Positions 18,964 through 27,413 of a DNA stretch of 64,000 nucleotides are shown here, piece after piece. Position 1 is the first letter of the stretch. The number at the start of each line of letters is the position of its first letter. Location of the stretch: positions 4,928,001 through 4,992,000 of the forward strand of contig OX638351.1 of the NCBI GenBank assembly GCA_951813565.1. Direction: 5' to 3'. The notes under the pieces were generated by a model. That model did not search any database, had not been told where the DNA came from, and saw nothing but the letters and a program-made list of their open reading frames with translations. The position numbers and the translations under genes were made by a program. The stretch is from an uncultured Poribacteria bacterium (GTDB lineage Bacteria > Poribacteria > WGA-4E > WGA-3G).

Positions 18964-20327
18964 TGGCTGTTGAACTGAGAATGCTCCAGATGGATCAGAC
19001 AATGACTAAGGGAAAAATCGGGAAATGGCTTGTTAAGGAAGGCGATACCGTGACAGAGGGACAACCTCTGTTAGAAATTGAAACGGATAAAGTTGTTCAT
19101 GAACAAGAATCGCCTGCTGATGGTGTAATTGCCCAAATACTCCCAGAAGAAGGTAGTAATGTCCCAGTTAATGCACTGTTAGCGATTATCGCTGCACCGG
19201 GTGAAGAGGTAGAACGTGTGGAAGCGGATACTACGGCAGCGCCACAGACATCTGATAAGCCAGAGCAGGTGACTACACCCGTTGCGCCAGCAAAAACACA
19301 AACTCAACCGAGTACACCAGCATCAAAAAGCATTAAAGCATCGCCCGCAGCAGAGCAGCTCGCCAAAAAACTCGCTATTGATTTAATACAGGTGAAAGCC
19401 TCTGGTCCTGGAGGACGGATCCTTGAAAGCGATATTCATCGCTATATTGAAACGAGAGGGCCCGTTTCAAGTGAATCAACACGCCTCAAAGCATCACCGC
19501 TTGCCCGGCGATTAGCAAAGGAATTTGGACTTGACCTTGCTTTAATTTCGGGTTCGGGACCCGATGGCAGAATTGTTCGCGATGACGTGATGCAAGCCAG
19601 CACTGAAATCCCCGCCCAAGTATTCCGCACTGAACCCGCTGCTTCAGAAGTCATTGAACTTAGCGGTATCCGTAAAATCATCGCTGAACGGATGACAATG
19701 AGCGTTCAGACGAACGCCAGTGTCACACTTCACACCGAAGTTGACGCGACAACCCTTGTTGAATTGCGCGGGATGTTCAACGAAGAATTACAGAAAAGAG
19801 AGGTGAGTCTTACCTTTACCGATCTACTTGTGAAGATTGTTGCAATCGCCTTAGGCGAACATCGATCACTTAATGCAACGCTTACAGATGAAGGAATTCA
19901 CATGTTAGCGGACATCAACATCGGGGTGGCAGTTGCATTGGAAGATGGACTTGTCGTGCCAGTTGTCCGCAATGCTGATAAGATAGGTTTAGCTGCTATC
20001 TCTGAACAGGTAAAAACCTTAGCAGAAAAGGCACGTAACAATCAGCTTACACCTGGTGAACTGCAAGGTGGTACTTTTACCTTGACAAACCTCGGTAATT
20101 TTGGAATAGATGCATTTACACCTATTATAAATCCGCCTGAGTGTGCGATCCTTGGGGTAGGACGCATTGTAAAGAAACCGGTTGTCCACAACGATGAAAT
20201 TGTTATTCGGAGCATGCTGGCGCTGAGTCTGACATTTGATCATCGTGTTGTTGATGGTGCACCTGCTGCACAATTCCTGCAAACGGTGTCTCAATATATT
20301 CAGAACCCATATCTATTGCTTGTATAA
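18963..20327 (+). CDS. Dihydrolipoamide acyltransferase E2 (2-oxoacid/acetoin dehydrogenase complex)
   Basis: Lipoyl ETDK motif, two E3-binding domains (ASPAA.. and ASPLARR..GSGPDGRI), catalytic DHRVVDG. Confidence 0.95.
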   Translation: MAVELRMLQMDQTMTKGKIGKWLVKEGDTVTEGQPLLEIETDKVVHEQESPADGVIAQILPEEGSNVPVNALLAIIAAPGEEVERVEADTTAAPQTSDKPEQVTTPVAPAKTQTQPSTPASKSIKASPAAEQLAKKLAIDLIQVKASGPGGRILESDIHRYIETRGPVSSESTRLKASPLARRLAKEFGLDLALISGSGPDGRIVRDDVMQASTEIPAQVFRTEPAASEVIELSGIRKIIAERMTMSVQTNASVTLHTEVDATTLVELRGMFNEELQKREVSLTFTDLLVKIVAIALGEHRSLNATLTDEGIHMLADINIGVAVALEDGLVVPVVRNADKIGLAAISEQVKTLAEKARNNQLTPGELQGGTFTLTNLGNFGIDAFTPIINPPECAILGVGRIVKKPVVHNDEIVIRSMLALSLTFDHRVVDGAPAAQFLQTVSQYIQNPYLLLV

Positions 20328-20338
20328 GGAAAACGTTT

Positions 20339-20965
20339 ATGAAAAAATGGATATGTTTACTTGTCTCGCTATTTTTGTTTACAGTAGGGTACGCTCAAGA
20401 AACAGATTTTGATGACTTGCTCGCGTCTGATGTAAATGCGGATGGAATCGTTAATATTCTTGATTTGGTGTTCGTGGCTTCACACTTTGGTGTAACATCT
20501 TCTGCGGATCAGTATGCTAATCCAGATGTAAACGGTGATGGAACTGTAAACATTCTTGACCTTACATTGGTAGCGAGCCACTTTGGTAAATATTCTGGTA
20601 TTCCACTTGAATTAACCGATAAAACATTTGACAATGTTGTGCGTAACGCAAAATTGCCTATTTTAGTCGAATTTAAGTCCGATTACTGAATCTACTGTTT
20701 ATTGATGAGACCGGTGGTCTCTGAAATTGCCTTAGAATATCGTGACGTTTTCGTCGTAGCAAAGTTAGATGTGAACGACAATCCAGAAAAAACAGAAGAG
20801 TACCACATCCGCGGAACACCGACATATATCCTATTCTACAAAGGAAGCGTTATAAGAACAATCATCGGTGCCATGCCAAAAGATAGATTGGTAAATCGTA
20901 TTCTTGAAGGGTTAACTACGGTGATAGAACCACCACTCGCACAGGAGCAAACAGACAGCGAATAA
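20339..20965 (+). CDS. Putative selenoprotein: signal peptide + dockerin-like domain + thioredoxin (UxxC)
   Basis: In-frame TGA at 20687-20689 gives VEFKSDY-U-IYC-LLMRPVV. The two track ORFs are in the same frame; the downstream half has AKLDV..RGTPT..GAMPK. Two DVNxDGxVNILDL repeats. Confidence 0.85.
20690..20726 (+). promoter_or_regulatory. Bacterial SECIS-like hairpin
   Basis: GAGACC-GGT-GGTCTC at 20707-20721; the G-starting loop begins 24 nt after the TGA. Confidence 0.65.
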
Positions 20966-22798
20966 TGCTGTCCATTGCCATACCTCCCGCGTAAGAGGTT
21001 GTAGCAGATTTTTTTCGTTTACTTGTTTTTCTGTGCTTGATTCTGTTGTGGAATAGGAAAGTGCAGATTCGGTTGCATCAAGTAAATTGACTGCGAATCG
21101 CGCAAATAGTGAATCGCCAGAAAATACAGAATAAACACCGATTTGGTCTGTTTCTGAGAACACTTCACTCTCTAATTCAATCATGGCACTGTCAGGTTTT
21201 TTCACCTGAATGTTTGGGTTTTCCACAGTTGATAAATCGATTTTCAATTGTTCTCCTGTCCGAAATATCTGCCGTGTCCTATTTTTTTGAACTGTAAGCG
21301 ACTTTATCGGGACGGTTCCCGCCTCAAGCCACGCTAAGCATCGGTACATAAATATTGGAACATCTGGAATAGTCGTGAGAAAAGAAGAAATTCCTGGATT
21401 GAACGCATCAAATTCAAAGACCAGAAATTGTCTGTCTGCCTCAGTGCCAAGCCATACCAATGCCCCTTTCTCGGATTCAATAAGTGAATTTCCCCAGAGT
21501 GGCAATTCTCTACGCACAGATTCCTTTACTTGTAATCCCATAATAGATACGTCTTGCATAATCGGATGGGTTTTATCCTCTTTGATAATGGAAACAGGTG
21601 TTGTGATAATTTCAACCGAGGATTCTGTCATGAAAGGTAATTCCCTCTCCGAATTGATAACAATGATGCTTTCTGTGCCGAGAACGTTCAAAAAGTTGTG
21701 CTCCGATGAGATTCCACCATCGAAAACGATAATGTCCGCATCACCCGTGCCGTGATATTCATCCGTTGACACTTTTTGTAGCTCAACATGATCTCCGTAA
21801 CTTCTCAAAAGTTCCATCAATAGTAGTTGATCTCTGTCGCTGACGAGTAGGATTCGGAATTGTTTTAATGGGTTAAGGATTGCCCACGTCCTATTGTCCA
21901 ACTCAAAGTCATCAGCGGCATCAACAAGGTAGAGGCTAATGGCTCTACCATCTAATCCTTCCGCATTGATAGAGAACAGAACAGTTTTTACCTCTCCAGC
22001 GGCAAGTGTTACAAGTTTTTCAGCAATTGACGTGCCATCTTCAAGTCCTAATGCAATATCTATTTTTCTTTGCGTGTCTGTCCAATTCTGAATACCCGCA
22101 AGAACCGTATATTGGTCTGCAATTCTTTCCACACTGAATTGCACAATACCGATATTTTCGGCCTTTCCTCCTACTGCGATTTTATTGATAGGCACAGATG
22201 TAACCGGCAAATTTTCAAATGAATCGCTCATAAAAAAGATTTGGTCTTGTGGTGAATCCGCATAGCGTGTTGCATGATCAAAAACAGATGTCAATTCACC
22301 AACTGCATGTGTTGGCGCGATATTTTGCACGGCACGTCGAAGTTTATCTTTATCTGTAGTAAATGCTTGTTGAATATAAGGTTTAGGGGCATGCGTTGCC
22401 ATAATCATCATGCCGCCGCTCGCAGAAACCTGACTGATGCGTTTCAACGCTTCCTGTTTAGCAAGTGCTAATCGGGCCTCTCCCATCTCCTGCGACTGCA
22501 TACTTGCCGAATTATCAACGATAAAGATTATTTTGCCATGGACTATGCCGGGAAGTTGCAAAGCAGGCCGTGCTACGCTAACGATTATGACAAGTAAAAA
22601 CAAGCCTTGTAAAATCGGTAAGAGTAGATTCCGCAGACGCTGAAAGGGGACATTCGCTTTCTGATCCTCTGCACCTGCTCGCCAAAGTAGTAGACTCGGA
22701 ACAACGTAACGTTGTCTACGCAGCTTCAGAAAATGCAGCGCAATCACGATAGGGATAATTCCTAACAAGTAAAACGCAGCCGGGTTCAGAAAAGCCAT
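20912..22798 (-). CDS. BatA/vWA domain protein
   Basis: MAFLNP..ALHFLKLRR..VPSLLLW; MIDAS DNSASM; C-terminal TM ending EWWFYHR. Confidence 0.9.
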   Translation of the reverse strand: MAFLNPAAFYLLGIIPIVIALHFLKLRRQRYVVPSLLLWRAGAEDQKANVPFQRLRNLLLPILQGLFLLVIIVSVARPALQLPGIVHGKIIFIVDNSASMQSQEMGEARLALAKQEALKRISQVSASGGMMIMATHAPKPYIQQAFTTDKDKLRRAVQNIAPTHAVGELTSVFDHATRYADSPQDQIFFMSDSFENLPVTSVPINKIAVGGKAENIGIVQFSVERIADQYTVLAGIQNWTDTQRKIDIALGLEDGTSIAEKLVTLAAGEVKTVLFSINAEGLDGRAISLYLVDAADDFELDNRTWAILNPLKQFRILLVSDRDQLLLMELLRSYGDHVELQKVSTDEYHGTGDADIIVFDGGISSEHNFLNVLGTESIIVINSERELPFMTESSVEIITTPVSIIKEDKTHPIMQDVSIMGLQVKESVRRELPLWGNSLIESEKGALVWLGTEADRQFLVFEFDAFNPGISSFLTTIPDVPIFMYRCLAWLEAGTVPIKSLTVQKNRTRQIFRTGEQLKIDLSTVENPNIQVKKPDSAMIELESEVFSETDQIGVYSVFSGDSLFARFAVNLLDATESALSYSTTESSTEKQVNEKNLLQPLTREVWQWTALFAVCLLLCEWWFYHRS

Positions 22799-22955
22799 TT
22801 TCAATGTCGGGAGTCAAAGGGTAAGAACATCATGAAGCTTAACTTTTCATAATGTATTTTGGAGTTTATTCTACTTTGGATGGATAGCAAAACGTTGCAT
22901 CTCTATATACCGCAATTCAGATTTTATGTTTGTATTACGGTATATAGGGACACTG

Positions 22956-23402
22956 TTATGGGTTAGGATTCGGTGGTGTCGTCTGTGATTCTGCTGGAGA
23001 CGGTGAAGATTCTCCATTCTCTCTTTCGTTGAGATTCTTGATAACTTCCTCTGCATCCAGTTTGCCTACTTCGCCGTAGTTTTGTAGACATTCACAAGCT
23101 TCACGAACCTTATCGTATTCACCAAGCTCCAAATAGATATTCGCTAAGTTCTTGTGCATCTCGCGAAAGACACCGGGCCAATTCCGTTCGCCTTCCTTTT
23201 CAACAATCCGCGTTGCATTTTCTATAGCAATGTTGACAACATTGTCAAACTCTGCTTTTTCTGATGCTGAAAAGGGGACATTTTCTTGTTGTCGTTGCTC
23301 ATTATAGGCGCGCAAAGCACCCAAAGCCTTGTCACATTGGTTATAAGTCTTTTCAATGCTCAAGGCACCTTCAAAGATTTTTGATAAAAACCCAAATTTC
23401 AT
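22956..23402 (-). CDS. Hypothetical helical/TPR-like protein
   Basis: HKNLANIYLELGEYDKVREAC segment. Confidence 0.7.
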   Translation of the reverse strand: MKFGFLSKIFEGALSIEKTYNQCDKALGALRAYNEQRQQENVPFSASEKAEFDNVVNIAIENATRIVEKEGERNWPGVFREMHKNLANIYLELGEYDKVREACECLQNYGEVGKLDAEEVIKNLNERENGESSPSPAESQTTPPNPNP

Positions 23403-23435
23403 AAAAATAGGTCTCATTAGTGTAAAGTCATCAAA

Positions 23436-24227
23436 TTAAAAAGATGTTTTCAGTTGTCCCCAAGTAACAGCCAATTTGTCTTTCGCTTCCACATCCAAAA
23501 CACCAGGAATACCAATTTCCATAGAGGTTTTTACCTCTTCCTCCGTCAGCGCTTTTGAATAGATGACAACTTCATCAATAATTGCATCTTCAACTCTATG
23601 GACGTTTGGGTTTTCACCCGCACCAATGTAAATTGATGCCTCTTTGAACTTTGGAAACTTGAAGTTCTCTACCTGCGAACCGATGAATTCTCCGTTGACG
23701 TAGATTTTACCGTCAGCACCGTCAGCGACTAAAACATAGTGGTACCATTCTTTCAGTTCAAATTTGAAATTTACCAATTTTTTATCCGCGTGGTGGGCAG
23801 CATCCCAAAATGGATTGAATTCAGGATTCACCATCGTACGAAATTCGCAACATCCGCCATCTACAGTCTCAATTGAGATGATCCCATCGTAAGCTGCATG
23901 TTGATTAAGATAAAACCACGCCTCCATCGTAATTTGCCCGTTTTCACCGATCGGGACGATGAAATCGTTGGGAGGAGTCATCTGGACGATGCCACCGTTT
24001 AAATGTACCGCTTTACCAAATTGACCGTCAACAAGTTTGCCACTGCCAACTAACTCGGCATCATTTCCATTGCCAGAGCCGTCTTTGAATATTTTTCCAT
24101 CAAGTTTATCAAAGGAATAGTAAACAACAATGTGATCCCTAACATCATCCTCTTCAACAGCGTAGGTGAAACTGACAGCGAAAATTAACATCGCCGAAAG
24201 TCCTAACAAAAATAAATTTCTAAGCAT
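23436..24227 (-). CDS. Secreted LamG/concanavalin-like protein with C-terminal KLAVTWGQLK motif
   Basis: Signal peptide, YYSFD..DGSGNGND, WYHYVLV, IDEVVIYSKAL; start at MLRNL after a GGAGG RBS. Confidence 0.9.
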   Translation of the reverse strand: MLRNLFLLGLSAMLIFAVSFTYAVEEDDVRDHIVVYYSFDKLDGKIFKDGSGNGNDAELVGSGKLVDGQFGKAVHLNGGIVQMTPPNDFIVPIGENGQITMEAWFYLNQHAAYDGIISIETVDGGCCEFRTMVNPEFNPFWDAAHHADKKLVNFKFELKEWYHYVLVADGADGKIYVNGEFIGSQVENFKFPKFKEASIYIGAGENPNVHRVEDAIIDEVVIYSKALTEEEVKTSMEIGIPGVLDVEAKDKLAVTWGQLKTSF

Positions 24228-24313
24228 GGTCTGTGCCTCCTTCATATCATTAGTAAAATTATTGTAGCAGACATACAAAACGGTGTCAACAAGTTTATTC
24301 TGAGGACATGAAG

Positions 24314-24474
24314 CAGAGCGATTCAATTCTCCAATGATTTTTTTTACCAAGACTCCAAAAAATCGCGTCAACCACCATGCTGACAACAAAATGCACGCTC
24401 ATCCAAGATGCAAAAACGTATCAACCCAACTTTTCGACTAAAACCGATAATTAGACAAAAATTGAATGCCTTTG
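24314..24474. mobile_element. CAGAG-ended MITE A, 10-bp TSD GGACATGAAG
   Basis: Ends CAGAGCGATTCAATT / AATTGAATGCCTTTG; TSD at 24304-24313 and 24475-24484. Confidence 0.8.
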
Positions 24475-24484
24475 GGACATGAAG

Positions 24485-24605
24485 CAGAGCCATTCAATTC
24501 TCCAATAATTTCTTCTTTTTCCTAATACCTCTTCTTGTAGGAGCGAGCTCCAGCTCGCGACCATGTGCAAAATGTTGAGAAAAACTCAACAATTGAATGC
24601 CTCTG
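24485..24605. mobile_element. CAGAG-ended MITE B (contains a REP), in tandem with A
   Basis: Ends CAGAGCCATTCAATT / AATTGAATGCCTCTG; third TSD copy at 24606-24615. Confidence 0.8.
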
Positions 24606-24683
24606 GGACATGAAGCGTTTAACTTGACTAATACCGCCTGTTATGTTAGGATAGACGCAAAAAACAACAGGGAGAGATGATAT

Positions 24684-26459
24684 ATGACACTGATTTCTAT
24701 GTTTGAGCAATCAGTCCAGAAGTATGGCAACAAACCCGCATTAGCACATAAACCGAAAGGCGGTACCTATCTGGATATTTCTTACGCCGAATTTGGCGAA
24801 TCGGTGGACGCTTTTAGTAAAGGTTTAAATGTGTTAGGGGTGCAAAAAGGGGACAGAATAGCAATTTTATCCGAAAATCGTCCGGAATGGGCAATTTCGG
24901 ACTTCGGTATCCTTAAAGCCGGTGCGGTTAACGTGCCAATGTTTTCAACGTTAACCGCGGCACAAGTTGGTTATATTCTCAAAGATTCTGGGGCAAAAAT
25001 AATCTGTGTTTCAACCAAAGACCAGCTGGAAAAGGTAATTGCAATTCGCGATAAGGTGCCATCACTTGAACAGATAATTATCTTTGATTCAATTGAAGGT
25101 AAATCTCCAGAAAGCGTTTTAGAATTTGAGCGGATATGCCATCGTGGCAAAGAAGCAGATGCACTTGAAGAGGATGAAACGGATAAAGATGATATTGCTA
25201 CGATTATCTATACCTCCGGCACGACCGGCAACCCGAAAGGTGTTATGCTAACGCATGCGAATTTTTTATCAAACTTTAATGCTTGTAAAACGCTCATTGA
25301 TGTCGGCGAAACGGATGTGTTGTTATCTTTCCTCCCGTTGTCTCATGTTTTTGAACGACTCGGTGGACACTATGTGCCAATGTTTTCTGGCGCGAAGATA
25401 GCGTATGCAGAGAGCACCTTCACAGTAGCGCAGAATATGCAGGAGGTTTCACCGACAGTAATGCTCAGCGTGCCGCGCTTGTATGAAACGATGCATGACA
25501 GGGTTTTACGTGCTGTGCAGGCGGGTTCATCGCTCAAACAGAAGATTTTCCACTGGGGTGTCTCAGTTGGTTCAGCAGTGAGTTCTAAAATTCAACAAGG
25601 AAAAAAACCATCTGCGCTCTTGCAGCTACAACAGGGCATTGCGGACAAACTGGTTTTTGCAAAGTTGAAAGCTGCAATAGGTGGACAACTGCGGTTTTTT
25701 GTGTCCGGTGGTGCTGCGTTACCACAATCAATCGCTGAGTTTTTCCACGCAGCAGGGATTCTGATTTTAGAAGGGTACGGTTTAACAGAAACCTCGCCAG
25801 TCATTAGTCTGAACCATCCGGAAAAGTGGAAGTTCGGGACTGTTGGCGCGCCTATTCCCGGTATTGAAGTCCAGATCGCTGAAGATGGAGAAATTTTGAC
25901 CCGTGGACCGCATGTCATGAAGGGTTATTTTAACAATGAAGACGCAACCGTAGAGGTTATTGATGGAGAGGGTTGGTTTCATACTGGAGATATCGGTATT
26001 ATTGACGATGATGGATTTATCAAGATTACTGACCGCAAGAAGAACATCATTGTGTTATCCAATGGTAAGAATGTGGCACCACAACCGATAGAAAGCGAAC
26101 TGGTGCAAAGTCCATTTATTGATCAGATTATGTTGGTGGGCAATGAACGTAAAAATGTTGCTGCACTGATTGTTCCGAATTTTGATGCGCTTAAATCATG
26201 GGCATCGGAGAATAGTGTTGATACGTCAGATATTCCTGAGATGTTGAAAACTCGCGAGGTGCAACAACTCATTCAAAGTGAAATTCGGGAACGTTTAACA
26301 GATTTCGCAGATTTTGAACAGGTTAGACGGTTTGTGCTGCTTGAAAAGGAATTCTCGCAGGAAGAGGACGAGATGACTCCCACACTGAAGTTAAAACGGA
26401 ACGTTATTTTTGAAAAGTATAGTGATGTGATTGAGGGTATGTATCCGGAAGAGGCGTAG
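24684..26459 (+). CDS. fadD: Long-chain fatty acid-CoA ligase
   Basis: IYTSGTTGNPKG, EGYGLTET, WFHTGDIG, ITDRKK. Confidence 0.93.
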   Translation: MTLISMFEQSVQKYGNKPALAHKPKGGTYLDISYAEFGESVDAFSKGLNVLGVQKGDRIAILSENRPEWAISDFGILKAGAVNVPMFSTLTAAQVGYILKDSGAKIICVSTKDQLEKVIAIRDKVPSLEQIIIFDSIEGKSPESVLEFERICHRGKEADALEEDETDKDDIATIIYTSGTTGNPKGVMLTHANFLSNFNACKTLIDVGETDVLLSFLPLSHVFERLGGHYVPMFSGAKIAYAESTFTVAQNMQEVSPTVMLSVPRLYETMHDRVLRAVQAGSSLKQKIFHWGVSVGSAVSSKIQQGKKPSALLQLQQGIADKLVFAKLKAAIGGQLRFFVSGGAALPQSIAEFFHAAGILILEGYGLTETSPVISLNHPEKWKFGTVGAPIPGIEVQIAEDGEILTRGPHVMKGYFNNEDATVEVIDGEGWFHTGDIGIIDDDGFIKITDRKKNIIVLSNGKNVAPQPIESELVQSPFIDQIMLVGNERKNVAALIVPNFDALKSWASENSVDTSDIPEMLKTREVQQLIQSEIRERLTDFADFEQVRRFVLLEKEFSQEEDEMTPTLKLKRNVIFEKYSDVIEGMYPEEA

Positions 26460-26501
26460 GCATAGGGCGGACAAAGCCCTCCTACAAGAAAGAATCAACA
26501 T

Positions 26502-27398
26502 CTAAGATGGCACAAGAACAGTGAGACCGTGCTTGATAATTTCAATCGTGGCAGGTGTTTCGCACATCGGTTCACCATCGGCATAAAGCATAACGGGTGG
26601 GTCGGTCTCAATCTTCAAACTACGGGTCTGATGGATTTCTACTGCAGGATGAGAGACATGACCACCCCAAAATAGGGTAACCATCAGACGAAGTACTGTA
26701 AAGGATGAGACGGGATGGATAAGGCATACATCAAAAAGCCCATCATCAAAGTGTGCGTTTGGCACGATCTTAAATCCGCCACCATAACTTTTTGTACTTC
26801 CGGTTGCAGCAAGTAGAAGCTGCCCCTCATGAGTGCCAAAGTCGCCTTCAATTCGTACGAACGGACATTCGTATTTGAATAATGTAGCGACAGCAGCATA
26901 GACGTAAGATGCTGTCCCAGAAAATGGTGTGGTGCGCGCCGCAGCGCGACGACTGACCTCAGTATCGTAGCCACAAGTCGTTATTGTCGTGAAATAGTGT
27001 TCGCTATCCTTCTCTGAGCGGACGCGACCTAAATCAATATGTTTGATCTCGCCAGTTAATAGTGTTTCAATAGCGTGCTGCGGTTTACGTGGAATACCGA
27101 CAGCAGTTGCTAAATCGTTGCCGCGCCCACACGGAATTATACCTAAGCTAACATCTGGAACAGTCGCAATACCGTTGACAATCTCATGAAGCGTGCCATC
27201 ACCACCACAAGCAATTACCCGTCGAATTCCACTTGAGACTGCTTCTTGAGCAAAACGTGTTGCATCTCCAGTGTCAGTCGTTAGCCTCATTTCACCGTTA
27301 TGGCCCGCTACTGTCAGGGCGGTGCATGCCTGCTCAGCAACCGTTTTTGCTTTGCCTTTACCAGATATTGGGTTTGCGATAAGGATAAAGTCGTCCAT
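26502..27398 (-). CDS. Diacylglycerol/lipid kinase (YegS/DagK family)
   Basis: NPISG, GGDGTLHE, PCGRGNDLA, YGGG, ADGE. Confidence 0.92.
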   Translation of the reverse strand: MDDFILIANPISGKGKAKTVAEQACTALTVAGHNGEMRLTTDTGDATRFAQEAVSSGIRRVIACGGDGTLHEIVNGIATVPDVSLGIIPCGRGNDLATAVGIPRKPQHAIETLLTGEIKHIDLGRVRSEKDSEHYFTTITTCGYDTEVSRRAAARTTPFSGTASYVYAAVATLFKYECPFVRIEGDFGTHEGQLLLAATGSTKSYGGGFKIVPNAHFDDGLFDVCLIHPVSSFTVLRLMVTLFWGGHVSHPAVEIHQTRSLKIETDPPVMLYADGEPMCETPATIEIIKHGLTVLVPS

Positions 27399-27413
27399 AA
27401 TTGTAATAACAAC

